A stretch of 55,573 nt of DNA, filler included, from Bipalium vagum (taxonomy: Eukaryota): the NCBI GenBank assembly GCA_037834085.1. It is 3 parts of 3 records of this genome, joined end to end, with 100 filler letters (N's around TTAATTAATTAA, not from the genome) between each part and the next. Parts side by side here need not be neighbours in the genome. Positions count along the whole stretch, not along the records: positions 39,583 to 55,573 come from JBBMKC010134028.1; 2 more parts are not named here. One strand, 5' to 3'. Position numbers and translations under genes: made by a program. Each line of letters begins with the position of its first letter. Positions within the stretch are counted from its first letter, which is position 1. Below, in pieces: positions 52,566-55,573 of the stretch. The notes under the pieces are model-generated. The model was not told where the DNA came from, ran no database searches, and saw only the letters and a list, made by a program, of their open reading frames with translations.

Positions 52566-52996
52566 TCAGTTTCGATTTCTTAGGAGTCAGTACGTTATCT
52601 GAAGTCTTTCTTTCCTGATTGACTGGAGTCTCAATGTTGACTTGATTCAGTCGTTCAAGAATTTGATCGAGGTCATCCTGCTGTTTAGAGTTTTTCCTAT
52701 TTACCGTTCTTTGTTCTGAATCGATCGATAAATTGAAATGAAGTTTTCTTGAATTACTTTTACTGATACTGTCGTGGTCTTCAAAAGATCGCGAGTTTTG
52801 TTTATCACCGGAACTGTCAACTGATTCTATTATGCCATTTGTTGTTGAAGGTTTCAAATTGACGGTTTTGCTAGAAGTGACTCTACTGGACCCTGAAGAA
52901 TGAGAAAGGATTTGAGCATCATGAGTGGTCTTTGTAGAAGCATCTTGAGCAATTTCCGCTGAGGTCACTGACATTGACTGATGCATGTTTGACTGC
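52566..52996 (-). CDS. par-1: MARK/Par-1 Ser/Thr-rich spacer exon
   Basis: aaatag|G CAG...CTG A|gtaaac; phase 2 in matches the UBA exon and phase 1 out matches the next exon. Confidence 0.8.
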
Positions 52997-53879
52997 CTAT
53001 TTTGTATATTACAATTATATTTCTGTCCCAAGTGACCATTGTCGTCAATTTTTTAATACACAATGCACGACATTTTTAATATTAGTTTAGAGAAAACAAT
53101 TTCCATATTGATTTCCTTTTCTCAAAATTAAACATCACATTTTATGCGATTATTTCCCATGAAATTGAATAGCGCCGTACATTATCCATTCAGACATTGC
53201 TGCAGTTTGGTGATGACTTGTTAAAATAGGTTAAATATGAAAACAATTATTTTCAGACCAGCTCCCATTTTATATCATTTTTTAATTTTGACTGGTGGTA
53301 ACATTTACCGTCTTGAAAAACGAAACAGTTCTTATTTTTAGATTATTTTACTGTAATTTTCACAATTTATCGATTGAAGAAATAGAAATATCAATTTTTA
53401 AAATTGTATATATTGATTTGAGTGTAGTGGAAATAATTTAATAAAGATTAGAGGAATCGGTAATTGAGACGAGATGTCAATTTTGACGGCATTTTATGTT
53501 GAATTTTTATTAACAAAATACTGTCTAACTTTTTAAGCAATGAGGTAACCTATTAAATTGGAAATTTATTTCAATAATACATTCATAATACATGTATAAT
53601 TCTTGACATTAATTTCAGAAAAATATTTAGTAAAGAAGTTCGAAACGTATTTCAAAGATTAGGCGATTTACGGAAAACTATGAATATTAAAAAATTTTAT
53701 TTAAAAATGGGAAAACATTTTTTTCAAACTGAAATTGTGATAGAACCTGAAATAGTTCTGAAATATAAGGTTTTAGGAATTCTTTTGAAGAAAATAACTT
53801 TTAAAATCAAAAGATTCTTAATATATACTCTGATACAGTATGATAAAGTGGGAAAATTAATAATATGTTATAAAAAATA

Positions 53880-54200
53880 CTTTATGAACCGTTTTGACAC
53901 CGGTTCTGTACGTTGAGAACAATTAAAAGTCCATTTCATGATAGAATGGTCACCTGTGACCAAAAAATGGTTTTCTATGACATTTGTAAAAGTTTCTTAA
54001 AATTTTTGGTTAGAAAAGAATTTCAAAAAATGTTTCACTTCATTTTCTTTTTCAAAGAAGTTGATGATATCAGTTTTTTCAGTATAAGAACATACATACA
54101 AAGAGTATATATACTGTCAATATACGCACTAAGTGTTGAACAACAAATTCAGAACATCATTCTGAAAGAAAAGGCTGTACATTGAGTATATTCTCTCTTG
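53880..54200 (+). mobile_element. mariner fragment
   Basis: PFHDRMVTCDQKMVFYD (cf. FLDRIVTCDEKWILYD). Confidence 0.6.
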
Positions 54201-54867
54201 AAATAAATATTTTGTTCAACCTTGACTTATGAATTCTGAAAATATCGAAAATGTTGAAGTAGTTTTAAAAAATGGTAATAATAATATTAGTACAGATGAA
54301 GTCTAGCGCTGAAGCGACCAAATGATTTTAATGATATTATATTTTTTTAAATAATCAAATAAAATAATAATAAAAAAGCAGCTTTAAGCTTTAATTAAAT
54401 AACAAATTTCAAAGGTAAGGTAAAATCAAAATTAAATGGAAACAAATCATAGAAATCAATAAATAATGATAAAAAATTAATAATAAGATAATCAGAAATA
54501 TTATTAATAATTATAATTATAATCATAATCATGATAATATATATATATATAGTTGTATCCATTTTTAATCAACCAGTAAATCATAAAAAATCAATTAAGT
54601 TAATGAAAATAATTTTTGAAAATATAGTTTAATATTGATTAAAAGTTTAATAACGAGTTCGATTTTTATAATAGCATGTTCCCGTTTAGAAAAAGCGAGT
54701 TATGATAAATGTATTAATAATCACTGTCCAATATGAAATTAAATTCATAAACCTGAATAATTTTCTTAAAAAATGGAAGTAAAAGGGAAATTTGTGTAAA
54801 TTCTGCGGTCATTTTTATCAAAAATTCATTCTCAATAGATTCTTAAAGACAAATAAAATAAAATTAC

Positions 54868-55124
54868 TGTAACGATAAATTGCTACCCACTGATGCATCA
54901 ATTGCTTCAATATTTGAGTTCTGACTGCCCAACAGGTAATATGTAGCTGTAATATTATCGAATTTTCCCGTTCTTAAAGATTTATAAATATCATCTTTGT
55001 TGAAACCCATTTTTTGCATCTTTTCAATACGAAATAAATCGTTGAAATTCAGTGGTGGTTCTTCAAAGGGAATCAATTTATTGTTTTCATATCCAATATT
55101 GACCCAAGCATCGTCCATTATCGA
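54868..55124 (-). CDS. par-1: MARK/Par-1 exon: kinase C-terminal end plus UBA domain (gene continues beyond window)
   Basis: tttcag|SIMDDAWVNIGYE...LIPFEEP...D..RIEKMQKMGF...I..SL...KFDNITATYYLLG...CA|gtaatt. Confidence 0.95.
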
Positions 55125-55573
55125 CTGAAAATAATTATAAAATATTTTTATTTATATTTTAAAGATTATTCTGAAAAAAAAGTTAATTCCAAAAGGATAT
55201 TTTCGTTTTTCCTTGACTGATTTACAGTAAAATAGTTCTGTTTTCCATATTTCGAATGAAAGACATTTTCCAATAATAGTTTGATTTCAGTAAAATTATG
55301 ACACTAATGACTTAATAATTCTATGGTGGCGCCTTTCAATCATAATACTATGAAATTCTTTTTTGTAAAATAAATTCTACTGAAATATCCCACCTGCGGC
55401 ACCACCACCTCAAAGTTGTTGTATCAATAGTTCACACTAATGTGGATTTTATTGGATAAATTTAAAAATATCTTTAATTTCTCCCATATAATATATATAT
55501 ACCAGGTTGAGTCAAAAGTTATTAGCGTTTTTTTAATAAATTGAAATTGTTTTACTGCTTCATTATTACTATA

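Noticed and set aside
1-55573. CRISPR arrays, operons or other prokaryotic systems; GACCACCCA Gli autoregulatory sites
   Set aside because: The sequence is intron-containing eukaryotic DNA. No repeat-spacer array or exact Gli site was spotted by eye.

Overview
Very AT-rich animal genomic DNA with spliced genes, ~50-nt minimal introns, (ATT)n microsatellites and many decayed transposons. It resembles a planarian-type (triclad flatworm) genome, but that is inference only. Two multi-exon minus-strand genes were assembled by hand from GT-AG junctions with consistent phases. (1) A Gli/Ci-family five-zinc-finger transcription factor (~22.4-38.7 kb, 7 well-supported exons plus one probable 5' exon, ~750-840 aa). 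(2) The 3' part of a MARK/Par-1 kinase (43.5-55.1 kb: UBA, spacer, KA1; the kinase domain lies beyond the window end). The rest is mostly TE debris: about ten Tc1/mariner relics, two MITEs, a Penelope-like RT fragment, three Polinton/adintovirus-like protein-primed PolB fragments and a gag fragment. There are three assembly gaps, two with an artificial TTAATTAATTAA linker. The most notable observations are: a tRNA-Ala-like sequence just upstream of a textbook-geometry 18-nt primer-binding site (possible tRNA-bearing LTR, ~15.7-15.85 kb); a Gli with no RRxS PKA cluster and a variant SUFU motif; a stop-free 48-nt intron inside Gli finger 1; and a 75-bp mariner-type micro-MITE.
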